A stretch of 64,000 nucleotides of DNA from NCBI GenBank assembly GCA_963728995.1, contig CAVSMD010000001.1:244358-308357 (forward strand). The letters run 5' to 3'. Position 1 is the first letter of the stretch; each line of letters opens with the position of its first letter. The notes under the pieces were generated by a model. It worked only from the letters and a program-made list of their open reading frames with translations, had not been told where the DNA came from and made no database searches. Position numbers and translations under genes: made by a program. Source of the stretch: an uncultured Gammaproteobacteria bacterium. GTDB taxonomy: Bacteria; Pseudomonadota; Gammaproteobacteria; Steroidobacterales; Rariloculaceae. This document shows, one piece after another, positions 1 through 10,428 of the stretch.

Positions 1-1
1 C

Positions 2-856
2 GTTCTGGTCGTCGCGCAGATCGTAGGCGCTGCGTGGCTCATGATCGCGTCGAGCAAAGCCAATATCGGCGAGGGCGCCACCACCGGGCACGTGTGGGAC
101 GGCGACGTCGTCGAGGGCAACAACCCGTTGCCGCGCTGGTGGCTCGGGCTGTTCTGGCTCACGATCGCTTTCACGATCGTATACGTGCTGCTGTATCCGA
201 GCTTCGGTGCGTTCTCGTTGCTCGGCTGGAACCAGGTGGACCAGTACGATCAGGAGGTCGAGGCGGCCGAGCAAACGTACGGCAAGGTGTTCGCCGCCTT
301 TGCAGCCACGCCGATCGAGCAGCTGAGTCGCGATCCGGCCGCGCTGGCCGCCGGCCACAATCTATTCGTGAACAATTGCGCGCCGTGTCACGGCTCCGAC
401 GCGCGCGGCGCACGGGGCTTCCCGAATCTGACCGACGAAGAATGGTTGTACGGCGGCGACGCCGAGCCAGATCCTGAACGACGATCACGGGCGGACGGAC
501 GGGCGTCATGCCGGCCTTCGGCGCCGGCTTGCAGCGACGATCAGCGCAACCTGCTCGCCGACTACGTGCAGCATCTCGCCGGTCGACAGGTCGACGCGGC
601 CCGCGTCGACGAAGGGCGCCCGTTGTTCACGCTGAACTGCTCGGCGTGCCACGGCGCGAACGGTGAAGGCAATCAGCTGCTCGGTGCACCGAAGCTCGCC
701 AACGAGATCTGGTTGCACGGCGCCGGCCGCAGCACGATCTACGACGTGATCACGAATGGCCGCACGAACCAGATGCCGGCGCAGGAGCCCGTGCTCGGCG
801 CCGATCGCGTGCACGTGCTGGCGGCCTACGTGTACAGCCTCTCGAAACGGGAGTGA
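2..856 (+). CDS. ccoP: cbb3-type cytochrome c oxidase subunit III CcoP (5' end outside window)
   Basis: The frame of ORF 41..856 stays open back to nt 2 (VLVVAQIVGAAWL, a TM helix). It carries the GHVWDGD..NNPLPRWW signature and two haem-c CxxCH sites (CAPCH, CSACH). The peptide encoded by ~465-535 is garbled. The expected QILN / TITGGRTGVMPAFGAGL reads in the other two frames, implying three 1-nt indels that restore frame. Confidence 0.9.
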   Translation, partial: VLVVAQIVGAAWLMIASSKANIGEGATTGHVWDGDVVEGNNPLPRWWLGLFWLTIAFTIVYVLLYPSFGAFSLLGWNQVDQYDQEVEAAEQTYGKVFAAFAATPIEQLSRDPAALAAGHNLFVNNCAPCHGSDARGARGFPNLTDEEWLYGGDAEPDPERRSRADGRASCRPSAPACSDDQRNLLADYVQHLAGRQVDAARVDEGRPLFTLNCSACHGANGEGNQLLGAPKLANEIWLHGAGRSTIYDVITNGRTNQMPAQEPVLGADRVHVLAAYVYSLSKRE

Positions 857-860
857 GCGG

Positions 861-1172
861 ATGGACGAGCGCGGCGATCGGAGCGATCGCGACGACGAGG
901 GCCCCGACACTCGCGAGCTGAGTCGTGGTCAGCGTGATGCCGCCGTCGCCGGTTGGTCGTCGTTTCTCGTGGCCGCGATCGGCACGATGGTGCTATTCGC
1001 CTTCGTCGATCCGATGACGCTGGTCGAGGTGACCGAGCCGCCGCTGCCCGTCGACCGAATGACGGGCTACGCGATCGGCTTCTTCTTCCTGTGGGCGATG
1101 ACGGCGGCGTCCGCCGCATTGACGCTGTATCTGCTGCGGACATCACACGCCGAATCGCGCCAGCGCAACTGA
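861..1172 (+). CDS. hypothetical small membrane protein (2 predicted TM helices)
   Basis: The ATG lies 5 nt after the ccoP stop. The product is 103 aa with a charged N-terminus followed by WSSFLVAAIGTMVLFAFV and YAIGFFFLWAMTAASAALTLYLL. No family recognised. Confidence 0.45.
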   Translation: MDERGDRSDRDDEGPDTRELSRGQRDAAVAGWSSFLVAAIGTMVLFAFVDPMTLVEVTEPPLPVDRMTGYAIGFFFLWAMTAASAALTLYLLRTSHAESRQRN

Positions 1173-1196
1173 CGAGAGCCCACGGACCGAGCTCGC

Positions 1197-2572
1197 ATGA
1201 CCGCAACCGCACCACAATCCTTGTACGCCGCGCAGGAGAAGATCTATCCACGCGAGGTCGACGGCGTATTCGCACGCCTGCGCATCGTCACCGTGATCGT
1301 GCTGCTCGGCGGCTACTACCTCGCGGCCTGGATCAGGTGGGACGGCCGACAGGCGCTGCTGTTCGATCTGCCAGCGCGCAAGTTCTACGTGCTCGGCCTC
1401 GTGCTCTGGCCGCAGGACTTCTTTTTCCTGTCGTGGCTGCTGATCATCGCGGCGCTGTCGCTGTTCTTCTTCACCGCGCTCGCAGGCCGTCTCTGGTGCG
1501 GCTACGCGTGCCCGCAAACCGTCTGGACCGAGGCGTTCCTGTGGATGGAGCGACTCTTCGAGGGGCGCGGGCCGGCGCGGCGCAAGCTCGACGCCGGCCC
1601 GTGGAACGCCAACAAAGCTGTGGCGCAAGACCGCGAAGCAGGCGCTCTGGATCGCTTTCGCGCTGTGGACGGGCTTCACCTTCGTCGGGTATTTCACGCC
1701 GATCCGCCAGCTCGGCACCGAGGTGCTGCACTCGTCGCTCGGCGGCTGGGAGACGTTCTGGATCCTGTTCTACGGGTTCGCGACCTACGGCAACGCCGGC
1801 TTCATGCGCGAGCAAGTCTGCAAGTACATGTGTCCCTACGCGCGTTTTCAGAGCGCGATGTTCGATCGCGACACGCTGGTCGTGTCCTACGATCAGCGCC
1901 GCGGCGAGCCGCGCGGCTCGCGCGCTCGCGGCAGCGACCCGCGCGCGCTGTCCCTCGGCGATTGCATCGACTGCCGGATGTGCGTGCAGGTGTGCCCGAC
2001 CGGCATCGACATTCGCCAGGGCCTGCAGTACGAGTGCATCGCCTGCGCCGCCTGCATCGACGCGTGCGACGGCGTCATGGACAAGATGAAGTATCCGCAC
2101 GGGCTGATCCGCTACTCGACGCAGCACGCGATCGAAGGGCGCGCAACCAAGATCGTGCGGCCGCGGCATCTTCGTTTACGCGACGCTGTTGACGGTCCTC
2201 TGCGCGGGCTTCGTCACCGCTTTGCTGCTGCGCACGCCGGTCGAGCTCGACGTGATTCGCGACCGCAACGCGCTTGTACCGTGAATCGCGCCCCGGCTTC
2301 ATCGAGAACGTATACACGCTGCGGATCATCAACAAGGACAAGGCACGGCACGTCTACGATCTGACGGCGGACGGTGTCCCGACGCTCGCGCTGGAGACGG
2401 ATCCCGCCGTGATCGATGCGGCCGGCGGCGAGGTCAAGACGATCGCGGCCCGCGCGCTCGTCGAAGACGGCGCGATCCCAAGCGGCGGGCACACGATCAC
2501 CTTCACCTTGCGCGCCGCCGACGATCCGCGGCTCACGGCACTACCGAGACCGGTCGATTGTTCACGCCATGA
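1197..2572 (+). CDS. ccoG: cytochrome c oxidase accessory protein CcoG (4Fe-4S ferredoxin type), disrupted as read
   Basis: CcoG-like N-terminal membrane region plus Cys clusters CKYMCPYARFQ, CIDCRMCVQVCPTG and CIACAACIDAC. The coding path hops frames at ~1615, ~2167, ~2274 and ~2540 (ORFs 1197.., 1723.., 2274..). The last codons TETGRLFTP end at TGA 2570-2572, overlapping the next ATG. Confidence 0.85.
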
Positions 2573-3085
2573 GCACTGGTGGCGCAGCGAAGCCCTGGTA
2601 TCGCGAGCCCTGGCCGTGGCTGCTGATGTTGCCGCCGGCGGCCTCGGTCGTCGCAGGCCTCACGCTCGCCTACCTCGCGGTGCATGACGCGAGCCCGCTC
2701 GTCGTCGACGATTACGCCAACATCGAGGCAATCGCGCGCGAGGAATCGGACGCCGGATCGCCGTGCAGGCGAGCTCGGCCTCGATGCGACGCTGACGTTG
2801 CGCAGCTGACGGACGCGGCGACGTGAGCATCGCGGCGGACGTAGCGCCGGCGGCGCGACCTCGGCCGCGACGCTCGTGCTGCGGCTGCAGCACGCGGCCA
2901 AGCCCGCCGCCGACCGCACGCTCGAGCTGCGCTACGACGGTAGCGCCTACCGGGGCCGCGCCGCGCTCGCGCCGGGGCGTTACGACTTCGACCTCGGCCC
3001 GGCGGACCGCTCGTGGCGCCTCGCCGGCGCGATCGGCAGCGCGCCGACCACGGTGCACGTCGCAGCCGCACCGCCGCAGGAGTAG
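2569..3085 (+). CDS. ccoH: FixH/CcoH family protein, disrupted as read
   Basis: MSTGGAAKPWYREPWPWLLMLPPAASVVAGLTLAYLAV matches the FixH N-terminal anchor. The C-terminal half (ATLVLRLQHAAKP..GRYDFDLGP..) is in the ORF 2876..3085 frame. At least 3 frame changes lie between ~2750 and ~2850. Confidence 0.75.
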
Positions 3086-3088
3086 CAC

Positions 3089-5520
3089 ATGAGCGGCTGC
3101 TTCCACTGTGGCGAGCCGGTCCCTGCGGGCACCGATTTCTCGTTGCTCGTCCGCGGCGCTCGGCGGGCCGTGTGCTGCCCCGGCTGCCTCGCGGTCGCGA
3201 CGCTGATCGAGCACCAGGGGCTCGGGCGCTTCTACGACTTTCGCAGCGCACCGAGCGCGCGGCCGAGCGAGCGCGGCACCGCAAGCCCCTGGAGCGTATG
3301 CGATCGACCCGAGGTGGCCGCGCGGCTCGCGCCGGCGGTGGGGCCGGATCGCCACGAGCTGCGCTGCCAGGTCGACGGCGTGACCTGCGCGGCGTGCGTC
3401 TGGCTGCTCGAGCGCGGCGTCCGCGGGCTCGACGGCGTGGCCGACGTCAGCGTCAATCCGCTGTCGGGCGAGACGGCCGTGCAGTTCGATCCCGCCCGTG
3501 CTCGCTTGAGCACGATACTCGACACGATCGCGAGCTTCGGCTTCGAGCCGCGCCCGGCCGCGCTCGGCCGACGGCGCGCCGAGACTTCACGCGCGGAGCT
3601 GAAGAGGCTCGCCGTCGCCGGTCTCGGCGCGGCGCAGGTCATGACGTTCGCCGCCGCGCTGTACGTCGGCGCGTTCAAGCACATGGAGGGCCGTCTACAC
3701 GCAGTTCTTCGTGCTCGTGAGCATGGTCGATCGCCACGCCCGTCGTGCTGTATGCGGGCGCGCCGATCTTTCGCTCCGCGTGGCTCGACCTGCGGCGGCG
3801 GCGCCTCGGCATGGACGTGCCCGTGGCGCTCGCGATCGCCGTCGCGATGCTCGCGAGCCTGTGGAACGCGCTGCGCGGCCACGGTCCCGTGTACTTCGAT
3901 TCGGCGACGATGTTCCTGTTCTTCCTGTCGCTCGGCCGCTTCCTCGAGTCGCGCGCCCGCCACCGCGCCGGCGGCCTGTTCGCCGCGCTCGCGGATCTGC
4001 GACCGCTCTCGGCCACGCGCCGGCAGGGCGCCCACCTTGACGCGCGTCGGCACCGTGGAGCTCGTGCCCGGCGATCAGGTCGTAGTCGCGCCCGGCGAGA
4101 CGGTCCCGGCCGACGGCGAGCTCATGTCCGAGCAAGCCTCGTTCGACGAGTCGTTGCTGTCGGGCGAATCGCTCGGGCGGCTGCGCCGCCGCGGCGAGCC
4201 CGTGCTCGGCGGCAGCCTGAATGCCGGCCGGGCCCCGGCCGAGATTCGCGTGACGCACGTCGGCGCCGATAGCTACCTCGAGCGCGTCGGCGGCCTGTTG
4301 CATCGCGCCCTCGCCGATCGGCCCGAGTTTCTCCGGCTCGCGGATCGTTGGGCCACGGCGTTCGTCGGCGGCCTGCTGGCCATCACGATCGCGGCCGGCA
4401 GCTTCTGGCTCGCGATGGCGCCGGCGCGCGCGTTCGAGATCGTGCTGGCATTGCTCGTCGTGACGTGTCCGTGCGCGTTGTCGCTCGCGGCACCGACCGC
4501 GTTCGCCGTCGCGCTCGGACGCCTCGCACGCCGCGGGCTGCTGCTGCGCTCGGCACGCGTGCTCGAGCGGCTCGGCGACGTCACGCTGTGGATGTTCGAC
4601 AAGACCGGCACGCTGTCCGAGGGCCGGATCGTCATCGCAGCGGGTCGATGCGCTTGCGGGCGTGGACGCCGAGCGGTGCCTCGCGATCGCTGCCGCGCTC
4701 GAGGCCGGCAACGCGCATCCCGATCGCCCGCGCGCTGACGAGCGCTCGCCACGTCGCGCCGGCAGCAGGCCTCGAGTACCGGGCCGGCTGCGGGGTCACG
4801 GGCGTCGTCGCCGGCCGCCGCTACCGGCTCGGCTCGGCCCGGCACGTCGGTCGTCTCGTGGCCGACGCCGATCAGTGCATCTATCTCGCCGACGATCAAG
4901 CGCTGCTGGCGCGCATCGAGCTAGCCGACACGCTGCGGCCGCACGCACGCGAAGCGCTCGCGGCGCTGGCCGCCCGCGGCTACGAGCTTGCGCTCGTCAG
5001 CGGCGACGCGCCGGGCGCGGTGGCACGCGCCGCGCGGGCGCTCGAGCTCACGGAATGGCACGCGTCGCTGCGTCCGGAGGACAAGCTGGCGCTGCTGCGC
5101 GCGCGCCAGCAAGCGGGCGCCGTCGTCGCCGCGGTCGGCGACGGCATCAACGATGCGCCGCTGCTCGCGCTGGCCGACGTCTCGGTCGCGCTCGTCACGG
5201 GCAGTCAGCTCGCGCAGGCGAGCGCCGACGTGGTGTTCACGGGCCAGGATCTGCGCGTGCTCGCCCGGCTGCCGGAGTGGGCAGCCGCGACGCGCCGCAT
5301 CGTGCGCCAGAATCTCGTCTGGGCCGCCGTATACAACCTCGCGGCCGTGCCGCTCGCCGCATTCGGCGTGCTCGCGCCGTGGATGGCGGCGATCGGCATG
5401 TCGCTGTCCTCGCTCGTCGTGGTGGGCAATGCGCTGCGCCTGAATCGGTTGCTCGCCGACGCGGGCGCGGCGCCGGCTGCGGCGCCGGCGACCGCGTTCG
5501 CGGAGGAGCAGACCGCATGA
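3089..5520 (+). CDS. ccoI: heavy-metal (Cu) translocating P-type ATPase CcoI/FixI, disrupted as read
   Basis: N-terminal Cys pairs (CFHCGEP, CCPGC), HMA-like GVTCAACV, SGES, membrane CPC (VTCPCAL), DKTGTLS phosphorylation site and GDGINDAP hinge. The path uses ORFs 3089.., 3745.., the 3089 frame again, 4662.. and 4348..5520, with frame changes at ~3690, ~4030, ~4640 and ~4715. Confidence 0.9.
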
Positions 5521-5672
5521 GCATCCTGTTCGCGCTGATTCCGCTCGCGGTCATGCTGCTCGCGCTCGCCGTATGGGCGTTCTTCTGGGCCGTGCGCAGC
5601 GGCCAGTTCGACGATCTCGACACGCCGGCCGTGCGGATCCTGCTCGACGACGAGGAGACCCGCGATGCCTGA
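5517..5672 (+). CDS. ccoS: cbb3 oxidase maturation protein CcoS/FixS
   Basis: 51 aa. MSILFALIPLAVMLLALAVWAFFWAVRSGQFDDLD is the CcoS signature. The ATG overlaps the ccoI stop (ATGA). Confidence 0.85.
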   Translation: MSILFALIPLAVMLLALAVWAFFWAVRSGQFDDLDTPAVRILLDDEETRDA

Positions 5673-6362
5673 GCTCGACGCAGCCTTGCTGCTCGCGGCG
5701 TGGCTCACGGGCCTCGCCGGCAGCGGCGGTCACTGTCTCGGCATGTGCGGCGGCATCGTCGGCGCGCTCGGCGTCCGGCAGCGGCCGGGGCTCGCCGGCT
5801 TCGGCATCCTCGTGGCGGCGCATCGTCGGTCGGGTCGCGAGCTACTCGCTCGCCGGCGCCGTCGCGGGATGGCTCGGCGCCGCTGCGATCACGACCCTGT
5901 TCGGCGACGAACGGCATGGTCGTGCTGCGCGTGGCGGCCGCCGTGCTGATCGTGGCGATCGGCCTGCAGCTGCTGCTCGGCCGCGCCCTGCTCGCGCCGC
6001 TCGAGCGCGCGGGCGCGCTCCTGTGGCGCCGGCTCTCACCGCTGCTGCGGCCGCTGCTGCCGCCGCGCGATCCGCTGCGCGCGCTCGCCGTCGGCGCGCT
6101 GTGGGGCTGGCTGCCGTGCGGGCTCGTCTACGCGCAGCTGTCCGTGGCTGCCACCGCCGGCGGCGCGCTGTCCGGCGCGCTCGTGATGGCGCTGTTCGGC
6201 CTCGGCACGTCCGTCGGGCTCACGGTGCTCAGCGCCGTGCTGCAATCGCTGGGACTCGCGCGGCTGCCGCGCCAGGCCGCCGGCGTGTTGCTGGTGCTGT
6301 TCGGCGTGGCGATGGTGCTGCCGTTCCTGGGCGCTAGCCCGCACGCACACCTGATGCCCTAG
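5665..6362 (+). CDS. TauE/SafE- or DsbD_2-like integral membrane protein, disrupted as read
   Basis: GGHCLGMCGGI motif and multiple hydrophobic helices. Its position directly after ccoS is typical of this family. Frames change at ~5825 and ~5915 (ORF 5665.., the 5573 frame, then ORF 5700..6362). Confidence 0.7.
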
Positions 6363-6366
6363 CGCG

Positions 6367-7959
6367 CTACTGCGCGCGCTTTCGATCGAGCGCCTTCAGC
6401 AGGACCGCTTCCGCGCCCGGGAACTCGCGTGACGCGTTCGCGAGGAACACGCCGCGCGACATCATCAGCGGCGTCCAGCCGAGTGCATTCCTGGCCGCCG
6501 GGTCCGCGCCGTGGTCGATCAGGTACTGCGTGATCGACGGCTGGTTCGAGATGATCGAGCCGTGCAACGCCGTGCAGCCGCTCCAGCGCGGATCTCCGAC
6601 GCCGAGATCGAGCAGCTCGTCGATGTTGTGCGGGTAGTACAGCAACGTGTAGGCCGGATCGCCGTCCATGCGGTAGTTGCCGAAGTTCGCATGGGCATTG
6701 ACGTCGTTGCCGAGCGCGAGCGCGAGCTGCACGGCTTCGAGACGCTCGGCCTCGCTGACGCCATTGTGCGGCCCGGGCGTTTCGCCCTCCCAGTAGTCGA
6801 GCCCTGCCGCGACCATCAGCGGCGTGATGCCGTACGCGTTCGGCAGCTTCGGATCGGCGCCGCCGTCGGCCAGTATCCGCATCAACGGCGCATCGCCGTT
6901 CTTGGCCGCCACGTAGAACGCCGTGGCGCCCACGTACGTCAGCAGATGCCGACCGAGCACGAGGCCGGGCGGATTGCGCGCCGTGCCGCCCTCCTTCGCG
7001 AACCGGTACTCGTGCCAGTCGATGCGCACGTTCGGGTTGGCACCGTGCGCGAGCAGCTGATGCGCGAGCTCGAGGCTCGTCACCCCACCGACCGGCAGCG
7101 GCGGCGCGTCGGCCTCGGCGCCGACGGCCGCCTGGCCCGTGGCCCCGGGCTTGCGCAGCCAGGCGAGCGTATGCAACGGCGAGCCGCGCACGTCGGGCAG
7201 GTTCGGGTCGGCGCCGTGCGCGAGCAGCACGCTCGCCACCTCGTAGTACGCATTGACCACGGCGAGGTTCAGCGCACTGGTGCCGTCGGGGCCGACCGCA
7301 TTGGCATCGGCGCCGAGCTCGAGCAGCGCGCGCAGCGTGTCGAGCTGCGCTTCGCGCACGGCAAACAGCAACGCGGTGAATCCGCTGTTCGATTTCGCCT
7401 CGAGCGCGGCCCCGTGCGCCGCGAGCAGCCGCACGGCCTCGGTATTGCCTTCGCCGGCCGCCCACATCAGCGCCGTCTGCCCCCGAAAGGGCTCCGTGAG
7501 ATTCACGTCGGCACCCTTGGCGAGCAGCAGCGCCACCGCGTCCGGCTCGCCATTGCGCGCCGCCAGCATCAGCGCCGTTTGCCCTTCGCCCGATAGCTCG
7601 TTCGGCGGCGCGCCGTGCGCGAGCAGCTGCTCGATCAGCGCGGCACTGCCGTTTTCGGCCGCCAGTGCGAGCGGCGTGACGTTGTTGCGATTCGCGGCGC
7701 CGGCGCGGGCGCCGGCCGCCAGCAACGCCTCGGCGAGCGCGTCGTCGCCAAACCGCACGGCCCAGAGCAGCGCGGTGGAGCCATCGGCGGCCGCGGCATC
7801 CACGTCGGCGTCCTCGGCGAGCAAGGCCCTGACCCCGGCGGCGTCCCGATCCCGCGCGGCGATCACGATCGCCGGGTCGGCCGCGAGCGCGACGAGCGGG
7901 CTCGACAGCAGCGCGGCCAACGCTGCGACTCGCGCGTGAACGGCGCCTCTTGTTCCCAT
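6367..7959 (-). CDS. secreted ankyrin-repeat protein (copy 1)
   Basis: Start placed at MGTRGAVHARVAALAALLSSPLVALA (signal peptide) inside ORF 6367..8145. It has at least 8 ankyrin-type repeats (G.TAL..A...G....V..LL..GA..N) and a ~200 aa non-repeat C-terminal region. Confidence 0.85.
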   Translation of the reverse strand: MGTRGAVHARVAALAALLSSPLVALAADPAIVIAARDRDAAGVRALLAEDADVDAAAADGSTALLWAVRFGDDALAEALLAAGARAGAANRNNVTPLALAAENGSAALIEQLLAHGAPPNELSGEGQTALMLAARNGEPDAVALLLAKGADVNLTEPFRGQTALMWAAGEGNTEAVRLLAAHGAALEAKSNSGFTALLFAVREAQLDTLRALLELGADANAVGPDGTSALNLAVVNAYYEVASVLLAHGADPNLPDVRGSPLHTLAWLRKPGATGQAAVGAEADAPPLPVGGVTSLELAHQLLAHGANPNVRIDWHEYRFAKEGGTARNPPGLVLGRHLLTYVGATAFYVAAKNGDAPLMRILADGGADPKLPNAYGITPLMVAAGLDYWEGETPGPHNGVSEAERLEAVQLALALGNDVNAHANFGNYRMDGDPAYTLLYYPHNIDELLDLGVGDPRWSGCTALHGSIISNQPSITQYLIDHGADPAARNALGWTPLMMSRGVFLANASREFPGAEAVLLKALDRKRAQ

Positions 7960-8023
7960 CCGTGATTCCTGCGGTCGGTGCGTCCGCAATATACAATGTC
8001 GAGCGTTCCCCGGGGGACTCGAG

Positions 8024-10428
8024 TTGGGACCACGCACGATTTCGTCCTTTGGCATCGCCGCGGCCGCCGCCCTGCTCGGCGCCGCGTGGCTCGGGCTGCG
8101 CGACCACGACCCCGCGGACCGCGCATTGACGGCGAAGACGCTCACCCGCTACTGCCGCGACTGCCACGACGAGCTGTCCCAGTCGGGCGACGTCGTGCTC
8201 GACCCGGCCGCGCTGGCGGACATCGGCGGGCATGCGGAGCTCTGGGAGAAGGTCGTGCGGAAGCTGCGCGCGCGGAACATGCCGCCGGCCGGCAACCCGC
8301 GGCCGGGCGTCGGCACCTACGACCACATTGCGACGTTTCTGGAGACGGCGCTCGATCGAGCCGCCGCGGTCGCGCCGAATCCCGGCACGCTGCCGCAGCT
8401 GCATCGCCTGACGCGCACCGAGTACCGCGACACCATCCGGGACCTGCTCGCGCTCGACGACCTGCCCGCGGAAATGGACTACCGAGCTACTGCTGCCGGC
8501 CGACAATGCGAGCAGCGGTTTCGACAATATCGCCGACCTCTTGTTCGTGTCGCCCGCGATCATGGAGCGCTATCTCGAAGCGGCGCGCAAGTTGAGCCGG
8601 CTCGCCGTCGGCGATGCCGACATGCCGGTCATGGTCAACATCCACCGGCTGCCGTTGCAGCAGCCGCAGGACGAAGAGGTCGAAGGCCTGCCGCTCGGTA
8701 CGCGCGGCGGCCTGCTCACCGATAGCTACTTCCCGCTCGATGCCGAGTACGTCGTGCGCGTGGAGCTCGAGCGTCGGCCGCGCGAGCGGCACGAGCTTGC
8801 GATCAGCGTCGACGGCGCGCGTGTGGCCGACACTCTGATCGGCGTGCGCGACGACGCCGGCCGCGCGCAGGGCACGTTCGAGTTTCGTGTGCCCGTCGAC
8901 GCCGGCCCCCATCGCGTCGGCGCGACGTTCGTCGCGCGCACGGCCGCGCTCGACGAGCGCATCGTGCGCCAGCTCAGGCGCAGCCGCGGCACGCTGCCGG
9001 CCATCGAGGCCGTGACGATCAGCGGCCCCTACTCGCCGACCGGCCCCGGCCGCACGCCGAGCCGCGAGCGTCTGTTCAGCTGTCATCCGACGGCGACCGC
9101 GGAGGAGACGCCCTGCGCACGCGAGATCCTGACGACGCTCGCCCGGCGCGCGTATCGGCGGCCGGTCACGAAGACGGACGTCGACGAGCTGTGGCCGTTC
9201 TACGAGGCGGGCCTTGCGCAGCGCGGCTTCGAGCGCGGCATTCAGCGCGCGCTCGAGCGCGTGCTCGTGAGCCCGCAGTTCTTGTACCGCATCGAGCGCG
9301 TGCCGCCGGGCACGACGCGCGGGCAAGCCGTTCGAGATCTCGCCCGTCGAGCTCGCTTCGCGGCTGTCGTACTTCCTCTGGAGCAGCATGCCGGACGACG
9401 AGCTGCTCGGGGCCGCCGAGAACGGAACGTTGAGCGACCAGAACGTGCTGTCGCGCGAGATCGGCCGGCTGCTCGCCGATCCGCGCTCGGACGCGCTGGT
9501 CGACAACTTCGCCGCGCAATGGCTGTTCCTGCGCGACGTGGAGCATCGCGATCCGGATCTGTTCCTGTTCCGCGACTACGACGAGAACCTGCGCCGAGCG
9601 TTCGTCACCGAGACCGAGCTGTTCGTCGGGAGCGTGTTCCGCGAGCCGCGCAGCGTGCTCGATCTCATCACGGCGAACTACACGTTCGTCAACGAGCGGC
9701 TCGCGCAGCACTATGGCATTCCGCACATCCGCGGCAGCTACTTCCGCCGCGTCGAGCTGCCCGCGAAGGGTCCACGCGGCGGGCTGCTCGGTCAGGGCAG
9801 CATCCTGAGGCTCACGTCGTACCCGACGCGGACGTCGCCGGTCCTGCGCGGCAAGTTCGTGCTCGACAATCTGCTCGCCTCTCCGCCGCCGCCGCCGCCG
9901 GCGGACGTGCCGGCGCTGGTGGCGCCGACGGCCGAGGAAGGCGAAACGCTGACCATGCGCGCCGCCATGGCCGCGCATCGCGCCAATCCGCAGTGCGCGG
10001 CGTGCCACGCGCAGCTCGATCCGATCGGCTTTGCGCTCGAGCAGTTCGATGCCGTCGGCCGCTGGCGCGACGAGGACGGGGGCCAGCCCATCGAGACCGC
10101 GAGCGAGCTGCCCGACGGCACCAGGATCGACGGGATCGCGGGCGTGAAAGCCATGCTCGTCGACGATCCGGAGCGGTTCGTGACGGCCCTGACCGAAAAG
10201 CTGCTGATGTATGCCCTGGGCCGCAACATCCAATACTATGATTTGCCGGCCGTGCGGCGCATCGTGCGGTACGCGGCCGCGCGGCAGTACACGTTCAGAT
10301 CCATCGTGGAAGGTATCGTGACCAGCGTGCCGTTCCGGCAGCGCTGGCTGCCGCCGGCGAAGCCGCCGCGCGGCACCACCGTCGCCGCGCTGGAAACGAC
10401 CGCGGCACCGTCGACGGAGAGCCAGTGA
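8024..10428 (+). CDS. DUF1592/DUF1585/DUF1587/DUF1588/DUF1595-type multi-domain haem-c protein (copy 1), disrupted as read
   Basis: N-terminal anchor, CxxCH (YCRDCH), MPPAGNPRP motif, SRLSYFLWSS motif and a C-terminal CAACHAQLDPIGF. Frame changes at ~8480 and ~9330 join ORFs 8024.., 8541.. and 9388..10428. Family assignment is from remembered signatures. Confidence 0.85.

Noticed and set aside
6359-8563. 734-aa ORF on the minus strand, the longest ORF in this region.
   Set aside because: It is Arg/Ala/Gly-rich low complexity and out of frame with the clearly real ankyrin gene (6367-7959). It then runs antisense to the DUF1592 gene. This is a typical high-GC shadow ORF.
9883-9900. (CCG)6 microsatellite-like run.
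   Set aside because: It is in frame within the DUF1592 gene and encodes the conserved poly-Pro linker (PPPPPP). The second copy has the equivalent PPTPPPP. It is not an independent repeat feature.
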